Of a stretch of 64,000 nt of DNA, positions 1-20,670 are shown piece after piece. The stretch covers positions 11,225,355 through 11,289,354 of the forward strand of contig CAVNZM010000006.1 in NCBI GenBank assembly GCA_963693365.1, written 5' to 3'. The position numbers were made by a program, and so were the translations under genes. The first letter of the stretch is position 1; the number at the start of each line of letters is the position of its first letter. Below the pieces are notes generated by a model. The model saw only the letters and a list, made by a program, of their open reading frames with translations, did no database searches and had not been told where the DNA came from. The stretch is from Amoebidium appalachense (taxonomy: Eukaryota > Protista > Ichthyosporea).

Positions 1-121
1 GCGCACACAGATGAATGCACATGCACTTGGATACACGTGCACACAAATAAATATGTGGCCTATTGCGCATTGAGCACATCCAAACTGACATGCACACAGC
101 CAGGGGAAGACCATGAGGGAG

Positions 122-5581
<5,460 letters not shown>

Positions 5582-5832
5582 GTTGCGTCTAGTGCTGCCG
5601 TGTGGTGATAGCACAGCACAGAGACCTGGTTAGGCCGAAGAAAGACGCTCGACACCCCTACTGCACGACCACAAAGGGTGTTGCGGTGTGCCCCTCGTTG
5701 CAGAACTCTAAAGTGTTTCCCTCTAAGCAAAGGCTATACTTTTCTTTTAGGTTGTTGTGGCTGCGCTTGACTTCGACTCAAAAGTGTCCTAATGGACCGG
5801 CCATAAGATTCATACATGGTGCCTCGATAAGA

Positions 5833-6679
5833 TCAATTAACCCCGAATAAGATGGCATGGACTGGTTGTTCCTTCGACGCATGCAGGCCCACCACCATAT
5901 GCAAATCCCCACGGAACCTCTCCCACCGGAGGGTCCAGCCCCTCGGCATGTCAAAGCTCGGGTGGGTGGCGAGGGTATTCCACCTGATGATTGGCCCATC
6001 CTTGACTCTAAAACGTCAGGCTACACACGTGCTACATACTGGTGGCATACATACGGGCAGCCCCCCCCCGCCCTCCCCCCTGTCCATAAGACTCCCTAAT
6101 AAAACTTATGAGTACGCTCCACCAGGTCAGGTCATTAAGCTTGGTTGTTGCTCACTTGTTGCTATGTAAATTAGTTGCTATCAGTAGCGGCTGGCCCCGG
6201 CCTCCCCTCCCCCCCTCCCCCCCCCCCCCCCCTCCCCCCGCCCCGCCACCCCCTCCCCCTCCTTCTCCCTCAATACTTCCGAGTCTTAAAACCCTCGACG
6301 GGTTCCCACCGCCAATGTCCACATACACACGAGACTTCGTAATTTTGCCATTCCAGAGAGTTTTTGCCGGCATCATCACTGCACCACGTTGGCATCAACA
6401 AAAACCGGCTGATGTACACACACTCACACTCACCCACGCATACGCACACACGTCCCTCCTCCCCTTCCGCAGCCTTCCCCCTCCCCCCCCCCCCCCCCCA
6501 CCACCACCACACACACACACACAACGCACACACACACAAACAAAACACACGACACAGGTACAACCACACGCAAGCACACACTGTGTGAGGAGTCGCACAT
6601 AGTGTCACGCGCACACACACCAGTGCACACACGCGTCGCGCACCCGCGCGCACAGTGGCACACACATACACACACACTG

Positions 6680-6740
<61 letters not shown>

Positions 6741-6761
6741 AACACCAACACACACACACAT

Positions 6762-6849
<88 letters not shown>

Positions 6850-7121
6850 TGAAGCTGACACTTGCAAGCGGCCCGAGGGAGTCGCCCTCTCTCCCCCCCC
6901 AAGTGCCACAATTCGCAACCCTGGCACACCTCCGTTCCCCCCTCCAACCCTACCCCCTTTCCCTTTCCCCCTCCCCCCCCTTCCCCCTCTCTTTTTTTTT
7001 TTGGGGGGGGGGGGTTAGAAACATTTTTATTAGATAACGATGTCTTCTTTTCACCAGCCCTCAAAACCAGCAGGGAAACGTTGTTAATGCACTTTTTTTC
7101 GTCTTCGCCGTCTTGCAACAT
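5833..7121 (-). CDS. Hypothetical protein of about 130 aa, 4 exons
   Basis: Frame-consistent GT-AG chain: [18 protein letters not shown] (from 7121) / [20 protein letters not shown] (about 6920-6865) / [34 protein letters not shown] (about 6380-6276) / [57 protein letters not shown] (about 6007-5833, preceded by ctgac...tttag). No family recognised. Confidence 0.45.
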
Positions 7122-7554
7122 GGTTTAATTGTGCAACAAAATGATTGGCTGTTGGGCTAACATCCCCCGAATTTTATTGTATCCAATCAGCTGCCGTAAG
7201 ATGACTGACTGTATGTAGCAGAAATTGAAGTTTATCTATTGGTAAATAAACCATACAGTGACATATAAAAGCTATAAACTTTTTAAATGTTCTTTTGAAA
7301 ACTGTCCTGCCACTAGACTCATGCAGTAATATTGGAGGCCATCTTAATTGCATTGTGTGTCGCAACCCTGGCTGCCCTGTTGGTGCGCAGTTCAAACTTG
7401 ACAGTCGTTTGTTTTTCTATTTTTCCTACTGAGTTCTCTACCCGGATATCCACTTAGTCTTAGTGTAAGACACATAGTGTATGGCAACTGTTTAGTGCCT
7501 TTGCGCTTCTTTACAGGCTACCGTTTGTGGCTGGCAGCCTGCGAACAGGACAGA
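7122..7554. promoter_or_regulatory. Putative bidirectional promoter with CCAAT boxes
   Basis: 433-bp repeat-free, AT-richer gap between divergent ATGs; GATTGGC at about 7143 and CCAATCA at about 7183; TATAAA-like words at 7264-7278. Confidence 0.4.
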
Positions 7555-8748
7555 ATGTCCGAGGAGCACAAAAAGAGTGTCCATGATGTTACCGAAGTGG
7601 AGATGCGGGACCGCAGTGCGCTGTGCAGTGACTCGGACACAGACGAAGAGCTAGCGGACATACACGAGGAGAGCGACATCACACCCGAGGACCGCACGTT
7701 CTACAACACAGACACGCGACAACGGGGGGCTAGCGGGGCCTTTGCACGGCTCATGGCCCGTGCCTCCACCACGGCCCTGCCTGGCATAGTGTCTCGCTCG
7801 CAACGGTCGGGCCTTCGCAACGATCGCCTGCCGCGTGCCAGCGTGTCTGCTTACATATATCCGAGGTCTGCTGAGAGCGAGGAGGAGGAGGAGGATCTGC
7901 AGATCCCCCAACGGAGGGCCAGCCACGGGGCCGACAGCAGCGTGCGGTTGCGGCCTGTGCACGAGGCTAGCCCTGTGTCGAGAAGAGGCAGTGGGGTGGG
8001 CGAAGTGCAGAGCGCCGTGCTGCCGTCCGTCCTGGACAGCACTGAGTGCTCGGCCGGCCGCGGCACCACCATACGCATACCAGAGATGGGGCCAGCCCGG
8101 TGGCGTCATAGAAAAGGTGCGCCTACATAGCTTTGCTTGGATCCAGACACGGTGATTGTCCAGAAACGGTGCATGTTGGGCGGCCTGTGCGAGCAGGATG
8201 GGGAGAGGGGCAACGGGTAGGAGGGGGGAGGGAGAGGGCAGGGCAGGGCATTTTTTAGTACAGCCCTCCCGGGCTAGGCTGTTTGTGTGTTGGCAGTGTT
8301 TGCCCACTGCCCTTGCTACTGTCGTGCTAACCCGTAGGACAGGATGATGCCCACCGACACCAGCTGGGGCAGTTCCTGGCCACGGCCATAAGCGGCAACG
8401 ACATCACGTCGTCGTGCCTGTATGTGGCCGGCATCAGCGCCTACTATGCGGGCAAGTGGGCCCCTGTGTCGCTGCTGCTGGTGGCCGTGGTGCTGTACTT
8501 CTACCGCCGCATATACACAGAGGTCGTCTGTGCCCTGCCCATCAACGGCGGCACATACACGGCCCTGCTCAACACCACAAGCAAGCAGGTGCAGTGCACA
8601 CACACACACACACAGGGGCAAGGGGGAGATGGGCGGAGGGGAGGGGGGAGACAGAGAGAGTTGTGTGCATGCCCTTGCACACAGACACAAGCACACAGAT
8701 GCACATGCACAGAGAGTGATTGGCAGATATGGCCACGCAAACACACAG

Positions 8749-8814
<66 letters not shown>

Positions 8815-9775
8815 CACGTGCACGTGCACATAACCACGCACACAGACACAAGCACACAGGTGAATACGCACACAGGGGAGTGATGGGCAGATATGCACTC
8901 ACAAGCACACAAACACGCACACACAAACTCGCACACGCGCACACACACACACAAACACATGCACGCACACATTCACAACCACACAGACTCACACACACAC
9001 ACAATACACATACAAACAGGCATACACAGACACGAGCACACGCACACGCACACAATATCACATACATGCGCCCACTCACAAATGCATACACAAAAACCTG
9101 CACACACACACGGAGACACACACATACGCACGCACAAACACACACACGCAAACACAAGCACGCACGCACGCACACAGTCACATACACTCGTGCCCTCGCG
9201 GGCACACACGCACACTAGCACGCAACACACATGCACACGCACACATACTCATAGAGACCACTATTGCGCCCTTGTGTCATAGTGCTTGTTCATGGACAAG
9301 CAGTCGCAACTACGGTCACATACCTGCACACGCGAGTCCAGTAACAAAAGCAATCATATGCATGCGCACCCACACGCACAAGCAGGCACACTTGAAAGGG
9401 ATGCACACACCTAGAAAGAGCAACAGCAGCACACCCTTGCTCAGCGGCCTATCATGATGCAGACACCTGAGACACTCGAGCTCGTGTTTTTGTTATGGCA
9501 GGCATAAATTGTGTGTGTGTTTTGCGTGTCAGCTTGTCCTTGTTGCATTTGTGACGATGCCCGCCTCTCCCTCCCCCCTCCCCCCCCCCTCCCCCCTCCC
9601 CCTCCCCCCCCCCCCCCCCTCTTGCTCTTTTTGGGGGGTCCCCTCACTCGGACTCTACTTGTGATGCATACTCTTTGTGTTTGCTTGCAAAATCTGCCCT
9701 TGTGTTGTCCATCGTGAATGTACTTCGTGCTCTGTAACGCATTCCAACCCCCCCCCCCCCCCCCCTCTTCCCCCT

Positions 9776-9810
<35 letters not shown>

Positions 9811-11994
9811 CACACCCACACACACACCTGCTTGGTTCCCATCCCCATTTCCTCCGTCCCCCCTCCCCCCCCTCCCCCGCAGGATAGGTTGCTGCTGACC
9901 ATTCACACTCTACGTGTGCTGTGCAATTTGCATTGTGTTGCCCATTCTAAATCTGTACTTGGTACTCAAAGTGTATTTTCAACCCCCCCCCCCCCCCCCC
10001 AAAAAAAAAAAAAAAAAAAACCTCCACCATCATGCCCCTCCAGGCCATGTGTGTGTGCTCTCTGCTTCTAAGTTGACCTTGCCTTGATAGAACACCTGTG
10101 ACCATCCCCCCTCCATCCCCTTCCCCCGCCTCTCCACCCCCTCCCCCCCCCCCCCCCCCCTCTTCCCCTAGGTCCCCCCCTTCTCCCCCAAATCACACAT
10201 ACACACACTCCTCGGAACTAAACCCCCGATGCCCCATATGCTCACACTAACGCAACCCATGCAGGTTGCGGCAGTTGCAGCGTGCCTGACCATGCTGTCA
10301 TACATAGCCACTGCCGTAGTCAGTGCGGCCTCGGCAGCCTCCTACTTCCACAGCCTGGTTGAGGGTGTGGGTGTGCAGTGGATGACGATCGTCATCCTGG
10401 CCGTCTTTGCTCTGCTCTCGCTGCTGGGCCTGTCTGAGAGTGCCCCCGTAGCGGGGGTGATCTTTGTGCTGCACATGTTCACACTGGTGGCCGTGGTGGT
10501 GGACTGCTTTGTGTTTGCCTGCAGCGATGGCTGGCAGACCCTGGCCACCAACTGGGCCACAGACCTGTCGACCATCCCCGAGGCCAAAGACTACGACATC
10601 CCCAAGGCCATCTTCTTTGGCATGTGTGCCGCCATGCTGGGCATCTCGGGGTTCGAGACGTCGGCAAACTTTGTCGAAGAGCAGAGGCCCGGGGTGTTCC
10701 CCAAGACGCTGCGCAACATGTGGGTGATCGTCAGTGTGCTCAACCCGGTCATCTCCCTCATGGGCCTGTCCGTGCTGCCCATCGACCGCTTCATGGGCCT
10801 GCCCCTGGTGGGGGGCCAGCCCAACAATGCCAGCCTGCTGTCGGAGATGGTGCGCAGCGAGTGGCTCAAGATGGTTGTGAACATAGACGCCGTGCTGGTG
10901 CTGTCCGGGGCCGTGCTGACGGGCTATGTGGGCATCACGGGCCTGGCCCGGCGCATGGCCTTGGACCGCTGCCTGCCGGCGTTCATCCTCAGCACCAACC
11001 AGCTGAGGGGCACCAGCCACTGGATCATCTGCGCCTACTTTGCGGCCTGCACGGGCCTGTTTGTGGCCATGGACGGCAACCTGCTGGTGCTGGGGGGCAT
11101 CTACACCATAGCCTTCCTCAGTGTCATGACCCTGTTTGCTGCGTCCAACCTGCTGCTCAAGGCCAAGCGCAAGCGCATCAAGCGGCCTGTGCGGGCCAGT
11201 GTGCCCACCGTGCTGCTGGCCATGGCCTGCACCACAGCGGCCCTGGTGGGCAATGCCATGGAGGACGTCTACACCATCGGCTGGTTCTGTGTGTTCTTTG
11301 CATCCATCGGGGCCTGTGTGATGGTCATGTTCCAGCGGGTCATGATCCTGCGCTGGCTGCAGAAGCGCCTGTTCAAGACTGACCACAGCCGCTACCAGAT
11401 ATGCGGCCGCCAGCCCACAAAGTAGGTGGCCCCCAATGCCTGGCCCGTACATAGGCATAGAAAGTCCTTAGTATGATGGGGTGCATGTGCGCACACCAAT
11501 ATGGGTTTGCAAGTGCACAAAGACATGCAAGCACAAGACAACAACACATAAGCATGCAAAGCATGCCACTACACAACGACACCACATATGCATGCAAGCA
11601 CACAAGAACACACAGACAGCAACACATACATAAGCGCGCAAGCACACAAGCAGGAACACATATGCATGCACGCACAGAAACAAACAAGCAGGGACACATG
11701 AGCATGCAAAGCACGCAAAAACACACAAGCAGCAACACATGAGCGTGCTTGCCCACATAAGCATACAAGCACAGCCCTACACAAACGATAGTTTGCTTCT
11801 ATTTGAGCTCCTTGCACACACACGGTGCCTGGCTTTCCGATTAGTTATTCCATCGACTCGGGCGCACTCGTGGGCCATACACAGATATGGGCCACATGCA
11901 TACAGCGGTAGGATAGCTGTCCATACGACTACTCGCCACAAATCCGGATCCACATGGCACACACATGTACACACACCCATGTACTGTTCATAGA

Positions 11995-12026
<32 letters not shown>

Positions 12027-12512
12027 TCCGGTGTCCGGTGTGCACGCGAATATATAAACACACACAACCCCAAACTGCCCCTTTCACCTGTTCTAACCCT
12101 GCGGCCTTGCAGGTGGTTCCTGACACAGGTTGTGCGCACGTCGTTCGACCTGACACACAAGCGCATGGTGTTCTTTGTCAAGAACGAGCCCATCAGCGTG
12201 CTCAACAAGGCCATCGAGTATGTGCGCCTCAACGAGCAGACCCAGTGGCTGCAGTTTGTGCACGTGTACGGGCACACCGAGCCTGCCGACTTGGTGGCCC
12301 GGCTCGAGTCCGAGTGCCGGGTGCTGGACCGCATCTACCCGGGCATGCGCGTGGACGTGGTGTCTGTACGCGGTAAGTTTGATCGGGATACTATTGACCT
12401 GCTAGCTGAGTACCTGGGTGTGCCCCGCCACTTCATGTTCATTGCATGCCCGGGCAAGACATTCCCCCAGGACATAGCATCTTTGGGTGGGGTGCGCATC
12501 ATCACCTACTGA
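7555..12512 (+). CDS. APC-superfamily amino-acid permease (GNDITSS-type), about 789 aa, 4 exons
   Basis: Exons 7555-8116, 8338-8588, 10265-11421, 12113-12512, phases consistent, GT-AG. Motifs LATAISGNDITSSCLYV, ALPINGGTYTALLNT, GISGFETSANFVEEQRPGVFPKTLRN, DAVLVLSGAVLTGYVG, RMALDRCLP; many hydrophobic segments; cytosolic tail LNKAIEYVRLNE...GGVRIITY; long acidic, Ser-rich N-terminal extension. Confidence 0.93.
9631..9750 (+). mobile_element. Diverged copy of the SINE-like repeat family
   Basis: GGGTCCCCTC..GGACTCTACTTGTGATGCATAC..TGTTTGC.TTGCA..TCGTG..TACTTCGT-10 nt-GCATTCCAA-polyC is co-linear with 51467-51611. Confidence 0.5.
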
Positions 12513-14421
12513 GTGTGGTATGTAAGTTCTTGGTTGCTTGGCTACTTGCTATCTTGTGAGCTGCACGGCGAATGAGCACATACACACACACACGTGGCAC
12601 ACACAGTCACACACATAAACACAGCCAGGGGCCCTGTCTTAAAAGCACCCTCGGTTCCACATTTAGTATGGTACAGGATTGGCCGTTTTCTTGATCACTA
12701 ATTTTTTTTTTTTTTACTTTTAACCCCATTTGCTCTGCAGTTACGGGCTTCTTCCCCAAAGCCTTTGACCTCTTGTATACCGTTTTCTATATAGCCAGAG
12801 TTGAACTATGTTATCTGGTGCAAATGTGTTTGCCAGTTGCCCATTTTTCTCCCTGTTATATAGCTGAGACGCGTCGGAGGAACAAATCCGATTGGCACAT
12901 CGTTTAAATGCAACCACGTAATGCCATGTAATACTCTATGCATAGGTAAATGCCGTATAGTAAATGTGTATGCATACGTAATAGATTTGCATATATGGCT
13001 AGGATTTTGTTTCAGCAACATTTCTCTCGTTTTTGTATCTTTTTCTGATCCACGATGAAGTCAAATAAGAACATATATGCGCCTGGTGCGCAGCTTGTGA
13101 AGTTTTTTGACAGCCTGACAGTGCTTTGAAGCAAAAGCTAATAGAAAATCTGCGGGCACATGTACAGAGCCAAGATCATATGGCCAAAGGTTTTGTGGTG
13201 CACCACAAAGGAAATCTCAAGGTGCTGAGTGAATATAGTTATGCTTGCACATGGGGCACCAGCGCTCCGTGTACATGTGTGCTCACCCGTCGTCGTAAAA
13301 GTGCCCACTGCACAACCTTTACAAATGTGCTCTGTCAGGTCTGGCCAAAGTGGCCAACGGTTTACCACAAGTTGTGTGTACATGTCTGTCTGTAATGTCA
13401 CGTCGTTGTCACCCTTCAGTGTACAAGTGACAAGCTTGCGGCTTCGAGCTAGTCAGAACGGAGAATTGTAGTAGTGTGCATGCACGTGCCGCGTCGGGGG
13501 CTAATCGTATTGAATTTCGGGGGGGAGGGGGGGAACCATTTGGACCTGGTACGTGTACGTGTGAATTCTTTTTTTTTCAACTGTAGTAGTACAGGTACAG
13601 AGGCCTCGTACATAGGCTATAATTACTGCTGCTGTAACGGCTGCTCGCTGCCGTGGCCGCGCGCCATTTTGGACATACCCAGTGGTTATCAGGGCTGCCT
13701 GTACAGTGCAGTACATCGCTGGCGTCGGTACAAATGAGGGACTCTGCCCTTACATTTGCCGCCCTCCAGTGCAAAGTGCTTATTGGTCCGGAGCGCATCA
13801 CAACATCAACACATGTCGATCCTGGGCCGTGAATGATGCTTTGTAGGTGACCACGGCCATGCAAAAATGCGGCCAAACAAAGGTGCGTTGGGATGCATTC
13901 GGGTGGATGGTCTCACAACACTATATTCGGATCCCGCAATAATACTAATAATAATACATAGCACTGGCATACATAGGCGATATTAATTAATTTGGGGGTT
14001 GGTGAGTGTGCCAGCCGAGGGTGCCACTCACTGCCTGGACTCAAATCCGAACCTGCATGCGCATGCGGTATGTAAGCATGGACATCGGCGGTGTACAGGC
14101 GGTGTCTTGACATGTGGTCACTGACGGTCGCTCTGAGGCTACATACCAGACGGTGTGACTGTGGCCAGAGGCTGCATGTGTTGTATGCAGCAAGGTTTTC
14201 ATCAAGTGTGTTGGGGCAACATTGGGCAGGTACGGAGGCTGAGAAGGTGTGAGCGAAGTAAGTTGAATTGGTGATAGACACATAGCACGGGGTTCGCACC
14301 TAAGTAATTCACATATGCGTCAGAAAATATCATAACACACATACACGCACACACACACTCGTGTACAAGCGTGCACGCGCACACACACACACACACACAC
14401 ACACTCGTGTACAAGCGTGCA

Positions 14422-14483
<62 letters not shown>

Positions 14484-15128
14484 CACGCACACACACACAC
14501 ACACACATACACATACACGCACGCACGCACACACACAACACACACACAGTCACCCACACACATGCACGAAACGCGCGTACACAGATACACACACCTCAAA
14601 TTGAATGCGTACATATGCCCGCAAGCACCACACACACACCTCATACATATGCACACACATACAAGCAACCCGATAAAATTACGCTTGCGCACATGAACAC
14701 ACACGCACACACACAAACGCAGTGCCACGCCACACACATACACATTCGTATACGGACACAAAACTTATGCAGAAACACATACCACACGCACAGATGCACT
14801 CATTCACACCACAGACGCACGAACACACACACATAGAAATAGGTGCACATGCACACATGCACGCACAGCGCACATGCAGGCGGCACATGTCATGATACGC
14901 ACACACCAACACACAAACCCCTCTACTGCATTTACTGTAACTGTTGCACACACTTGCGCAACTTATGAAACCACCTTGTTTTATCAAATTTCAGTGAACG
15001 CTACTAGCTTACCATATTTAGACACGGTGACTCTGCCGGTGTTCTTCATCACACACGCCTGGTGCCTTTTGCTTGCACACACCGTGCACACACATACACA
15101 CACGCAGGCACACACAGGCGCGCGCGCG

Positions 15129-15173
<45 letters not shown>

Positions 15174-15356
15174 ATAAGACTTGGTTGGTGCTGTGGCCAA
15201 AATGGCAGCTTCCTATTGGTGGGCCATTTGGCCCCTTCATCTGATGCTGTGTGTCTGCGCTGCACCCCCACCTATACCAGCCGTTTTGAGTAACTGTTCC
15301 CCCCCCCTCCCCCCCCCCCGAACACCCACACACCACCGTGACACACACACATACAT

Positions 15357-15447
<91 letters not shown>

Positions 15448-15639
15448 CACACACACATGCACCCTCCCTCTTCATCGCTGCCCCCCCCCCCTTCTCTCCT
15501 CCTCCCCCCCCAGCCCCCCCCAAAAAAAAGAAAAGAAAAGAAAGAAAGAAAAAAATTCCCTTTGAAATGCATCATATCGAACTTTAAGCGACATTAACAG
15601 GTCCCGTCCGGCGTTGTTGTTCTTTCTCTAACTGTCCAG

Positions 15640-17077
15640 GCTGCATATATTTTGTAGTATCATGCATGTGGCAATCATGGAAAGTGCAATCTCTGATCAG
15701 CCAGAGAATGTCTGCATTAAGTACGGATCTTTTGTTGGCTACCCCAGAATGGAGGGTTTTGCGTTGTATGATTGTGAGCCTAAAATTATTACGCTGGTTG
15801 GTGGACGGAAAAGAAGGGGCATAATATGACGGCCCTGCGCGCCGCCCGTTGAAGAAAACATTTGTTCCACCCCCACCCCCCCACCCCAGACATATAGGGC
15901 ATACATGACACCAGACCTTTGCAGATATACACATGGAATTTTCTCTTGCCATAGATCCCACAGCCCCTTCCTTCCCCCCCTCCCCCCACCACCACCACCT
16001 CCCTCCCTCCCTCCCCCCCGGCCTCCCGTCTCTCTCCGCCCCCTCCTCCCGTCCCCTCTGCTTGCCGTCCTCTCCAAATTATCGCCCGGTTCATCCCTGC
16101 ATACCTTATTACCTGTCGGTCTCACATTCCTGATGTCTTAACACGTGGGGCTAGAGCGAAACACATTCCTGGGAGTCGGCGTCGTCCAATCAAATGTCAG
16201 CATCGGCAGCAACAACACGGTACACATCCACACCTCCTACACCCACTTCCCAACCAGCACCACCGCTGTTGTGATTTATGCCCAAGCGGCACTACTTGTT
16301 GTGATTTATGCCCAACGGCACTACTTGTTGTGATTTATGCCCAACGGCACTACTTGGTGTGACTTCTTGAGTCTGCCATACCTGCCCAGCCTGGCAAAAA
16401 CCCACTCCCCTCCCCTCCCCCTCCCCTCCCCCCCCTCTCCCCCCCGAGGGGGAGAGGTGGTGAAGGAAAGGAAGAATCGTATTTTGGGCAGAGAATGCTA
16501 GCAAGACTGGTTGGCTGTGAGGGTGTATGGAAGTAGAGGGCCATGTGGGGGTACCAGCTATGGCAGGGCTAAAAAAAGGAACGGGGGATGAGATATGGTG
16601 GTAGAGAGGAATCTACTCCTTGAAGCATCATCACCAACACAGACAGCTCACACATGCACATGCATGGGCTTAGAGCACGCGAGTGAGGTAGCGCCCAAGC
16701 ACATGTACCCGTCCACATGCGCACACGTATCCCTCCCCTCCCCCCCCCCCACAGACAGGTATATCCCAACGTGTACACCCACAGTTACCAAGACAAACAG
16801 CCCCCCTCCCCCTGTTCCCAGTCCCACATGTATCTGCCCCCTCTCCAACATCCACTCACACGCACACATCCACAGGACCCCCCCTCAATCCCCCCTACAC
16901 CTCTGTACCCCCAACCCTCAATTTCCCCCCTTTCCCCCCTTCCCTCCCCCTTTCCCCGTCTAAAGCACCCAAACATGGGCATCCACATGCATACCCACAC
17001 CCATCCATGCACACACACACGTATATTCATCACTCACACCCACATACACACACACACACACACACAAACACACATGG

Positions 17078-17119
<42 letters not shown>

Positions 17120-17180
17120 GCACACACACACACACAGACCACATAACACACACACACACACACACGCTCACACACACATA

Positions 17181-17212
<32 letters not shown>

Positions 17213-17279
17213 CACTTACACATGCACACACACAGGCACACACACACACAGGCACACACCACACACATACACAAACACG

Positions 17280-17317
<38 letters not shown>

Positions 17318-17364
17318 ACCACACAGACACACGCACACACGCACGCACACGTGCGCGCACACAC

Positions 17365-17412
<48 letters not shown>

Positions 17413-17888
17413 CACAGCTACCGATTCTCAAGCCCAGTCAGAGCAGTGGAATGGATGTGCAGCCGGCAGATATGCAAGACGGTTTGCCCCTCCATCCCTT
17501 CCTCCCCTCCCCCCCCCCCACCCACCCACCCACCCACCCAGCCCTGCCCCTTATTGCCCCTATTGGTGTCTTCCCCACTCCCATCTCTCCTCCCCCCTCC
17601 CCCTCCTCCTCCCCCCCCCTCCCCCCCCTCCCTCCCTTTTCACACACATACACAGTGCCACCACCACCACCGCCAGCACCACTACCTCCCGCAAAACCAT
17701 ATCAGACATCAAACCACACATATCTCTATTCAAGCTAAACCAAAAGAAGGTCAAGTGTTTTACCATGGGAAAGGCAGAAACATGAGGGGTTGAAGCAAGT
17801 TCTTTCCAGGACTTTTCCCCCTTGAAGTTCTTGGTTTTAAGGAGATGGGTGGGGGCGGGGGGGGGGGGGGGGGGGGGGAGAGGGGGGT

Positions 17889-17924
<36 letters not shown>

Positions 17925-19123
17925 CTGTAGCCACTCATGCAGTAGCTGTTGTGGCCTTGGCTTAAGCTTGGGCCTGTATGCTGTGAGAGGGTCTTTTGCC
18001 CTCCAGCTGCCAGCATGCACCCCCCTATGCACGTGCACAATATGCTTTATGTGCACGTGCTCACAGCATGCACCCCCCTATGCACGTGCACACTATGCTT
18101 TATATGCATGTGCTCACAGCATGCACGTGCACACTATGCTTTAAGTGCATGTGCACACTATGCTTTATGTGCACGTGCACACTATGCTTTATGTGCACGT
18201 GCACACTATGCTTTAAGTGCATGTGCTCACTATGCTTTAAGTGCATGTGCACACAGCATGCACGTGCACACTATGCTTTATGTGCACGTGCACACTATGC
18301 TTTAAGTGCATGTGCTCACTATGCTTTAAGTGCATGTGCACACAGCATGCACGTGCACACTATGCTTTATGTGCATGTGCACACTATGCTTTATGTGCAC
18401 GTGCACACTATGCTTTATATGCATGTGCTCACAGCATGTACGTGCACACTATGCTTTGAGTGCATGTGCACACTATGCTTTATGTGCACGCGCACACTAT
18501 GCTTTATGTGCACGTGCACACTATGCTTTAAGTGCATGTGCACACTATGCTTTATGTGCACGTGCACACAGCATGCACGTGCACACTATGCTTTATGTGC
18601 ATGTGCTCACAGCATGCACGTGCACACTATGCTTTAAGTGCATGTGCACACTATGCTTTAAGTGCATGTGCTCACAGCATGCACGTGCACACTATGCTTT
18701 AAGTGCATGTGCTCACAGCATGCACGTGCATGTGCTCACAGCATGCACGTGCATCACGGTGCATGTGCTCACAGCATGCACGTGCATCACGGTGCATGTG
18801 CTCAAAGCATGCACGTGCATCACGGTGCATGTGCTCAAAGCATGCACGTGCATCACGGTGCATGTGCTCAAAGCATGCACGTGCATCACGGTGCATGTGC
18901 TCAAAGCATGCACGTGCATCACGGTGCATGTGCTCAAAGCATGCACGTGCATCACGGTGCATGTGCTCAAAGCATGCACGTGCATCACGGTGCATGTGCT
19001 CAAAGCATGCACGTGCAGGCACGGACCACCCCAACCCCTATGCATACGTGTTTATGCCGGCCAGCCAAGACCCAGCCACGTGGTCACCAAGAGAGGTGTG
19101 TTCTGCCTGTTGATTGGTCGGCG

Positions 19124-19175
<52 letters not shown>

Positions 19176-20072
19176 TGGGTGTGTGTGTGGGTGTTTTTGT
19201 GTGGAAAAGGGAGGGGGGTGGGGGAGAACGGGGACGCAGGGCACTAGGCCAGGTCTAAGCAAGTTACGTGATTGAGGGGTGGAAAGAGTGCGTGCATGGG
19301 GTGTGTGTGTGTGAGTGACTGTGAAGGCTTCTTTTTTTCCTGTTTTTCTTTTGTAGGGGGGAGGGGCTGGGGCAGAGGGAAAATGACCAGCACACTGTGT
19401 GGCACACTCCTCACCATCCTTTCCCCTCATTCATACACCCCTCCCACCCACCCCACATGCATCTGCACATACCCCGTTGCCGCATGTCTACCCCTCCTCC
19501 CCTCCATATAACTCTGTTTTCTCTGCGCCAAGCCACGCTTACCATATATGGGCATTTCCATACATGGCAGGTGGCCATTGGCTCAACACACAGTTTCCCG
19601 TTCATGCATGCCTGGGCATTTGACACCCACCACACCACAGGTGCACACACCCACAATGCCCCTATGTCTGCTCTCCTCTACCCCATATATGCACCACCAT
19701 GCCCCACCCATCACCCCCTACAGAGACATCACACCCATCTGCCTCATGGACCATCAAGGCGCCTTTTCGTTCCCCATTGCCGTGGCTGTGTTGGTTCAGA
19801 GGGTGGTATTGTTTCAATTTGTTTACAGGATTGCGGTCAGAAAACGAACACGGAAGCATTTTCCCCCCTCCCCCCCCCCCCCCTCCCCCCTCCCCCGTCC
19901 CCCCGGCCCCCCTCCCGCCCCTCGCCCGGCCCCTCAGCGCCACACAACCACACAGCTATACATATGCTTGCCCAACGAACCGTAGCCGTGACTAGACAGA
20001 ATGGTGGCATGCCTGGTCTCGTGCACCAAGTCATTGACACAGACACACACACACACACACGCACACACGCAC

Positions 20073-20129
<57 letters not shown>

Positions 20130-20633
20130 GGCTGCTCATGCAGGCGACCAGTGAGGCTATGGACCGAATACTCGACGGGATGGCCGTCATCAAACCACCA
20201 GACAGGTGTGCCCTGGGCCCATTCTATTATTTATTCGTGTGTGGGGCAGATGTCCTGTTGGCTGCTGGACGTACATATGACGTCTTGGGTGTGTGTGTGT
20301 GTGTGTCTGCTGAGGGGTGGGGGGTTTTTGGGGGGGGGGGGGGGGGGAGGAAGCAGAGAACATGAAAGCGGGTTTGCGGGCTTAGGTAAAGGGGTGTTGA
20401 CGGTGGTAGGGTCGGGTGGGCCTGTGGGAGCAGAAGAGTGGGAGGGGGGAGGCCGGGGGAGGGGGGAGGGGGGGGGAGGGAGAGGAGAGGAGGGGGAGGG
20501 GGGGGGGGGGGAAGCTGTCGATACCCCAATATATTAAACCTGCCCACATAGCAATGAATCAGATAGCAAGGATGGGTCTATGTGGCAAAAAATACTGAGG
20601 CAACTTGAGGACATATGTACGTAACGGGGGGTG

Positions 20634-20670
<37 letters not shown>

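Noticed and set aside
10298-11458. 386-aa antisense ORF and 252-aa overlapping ORF
   Set aside because: They are shadows of the GC3-rich permease exon.
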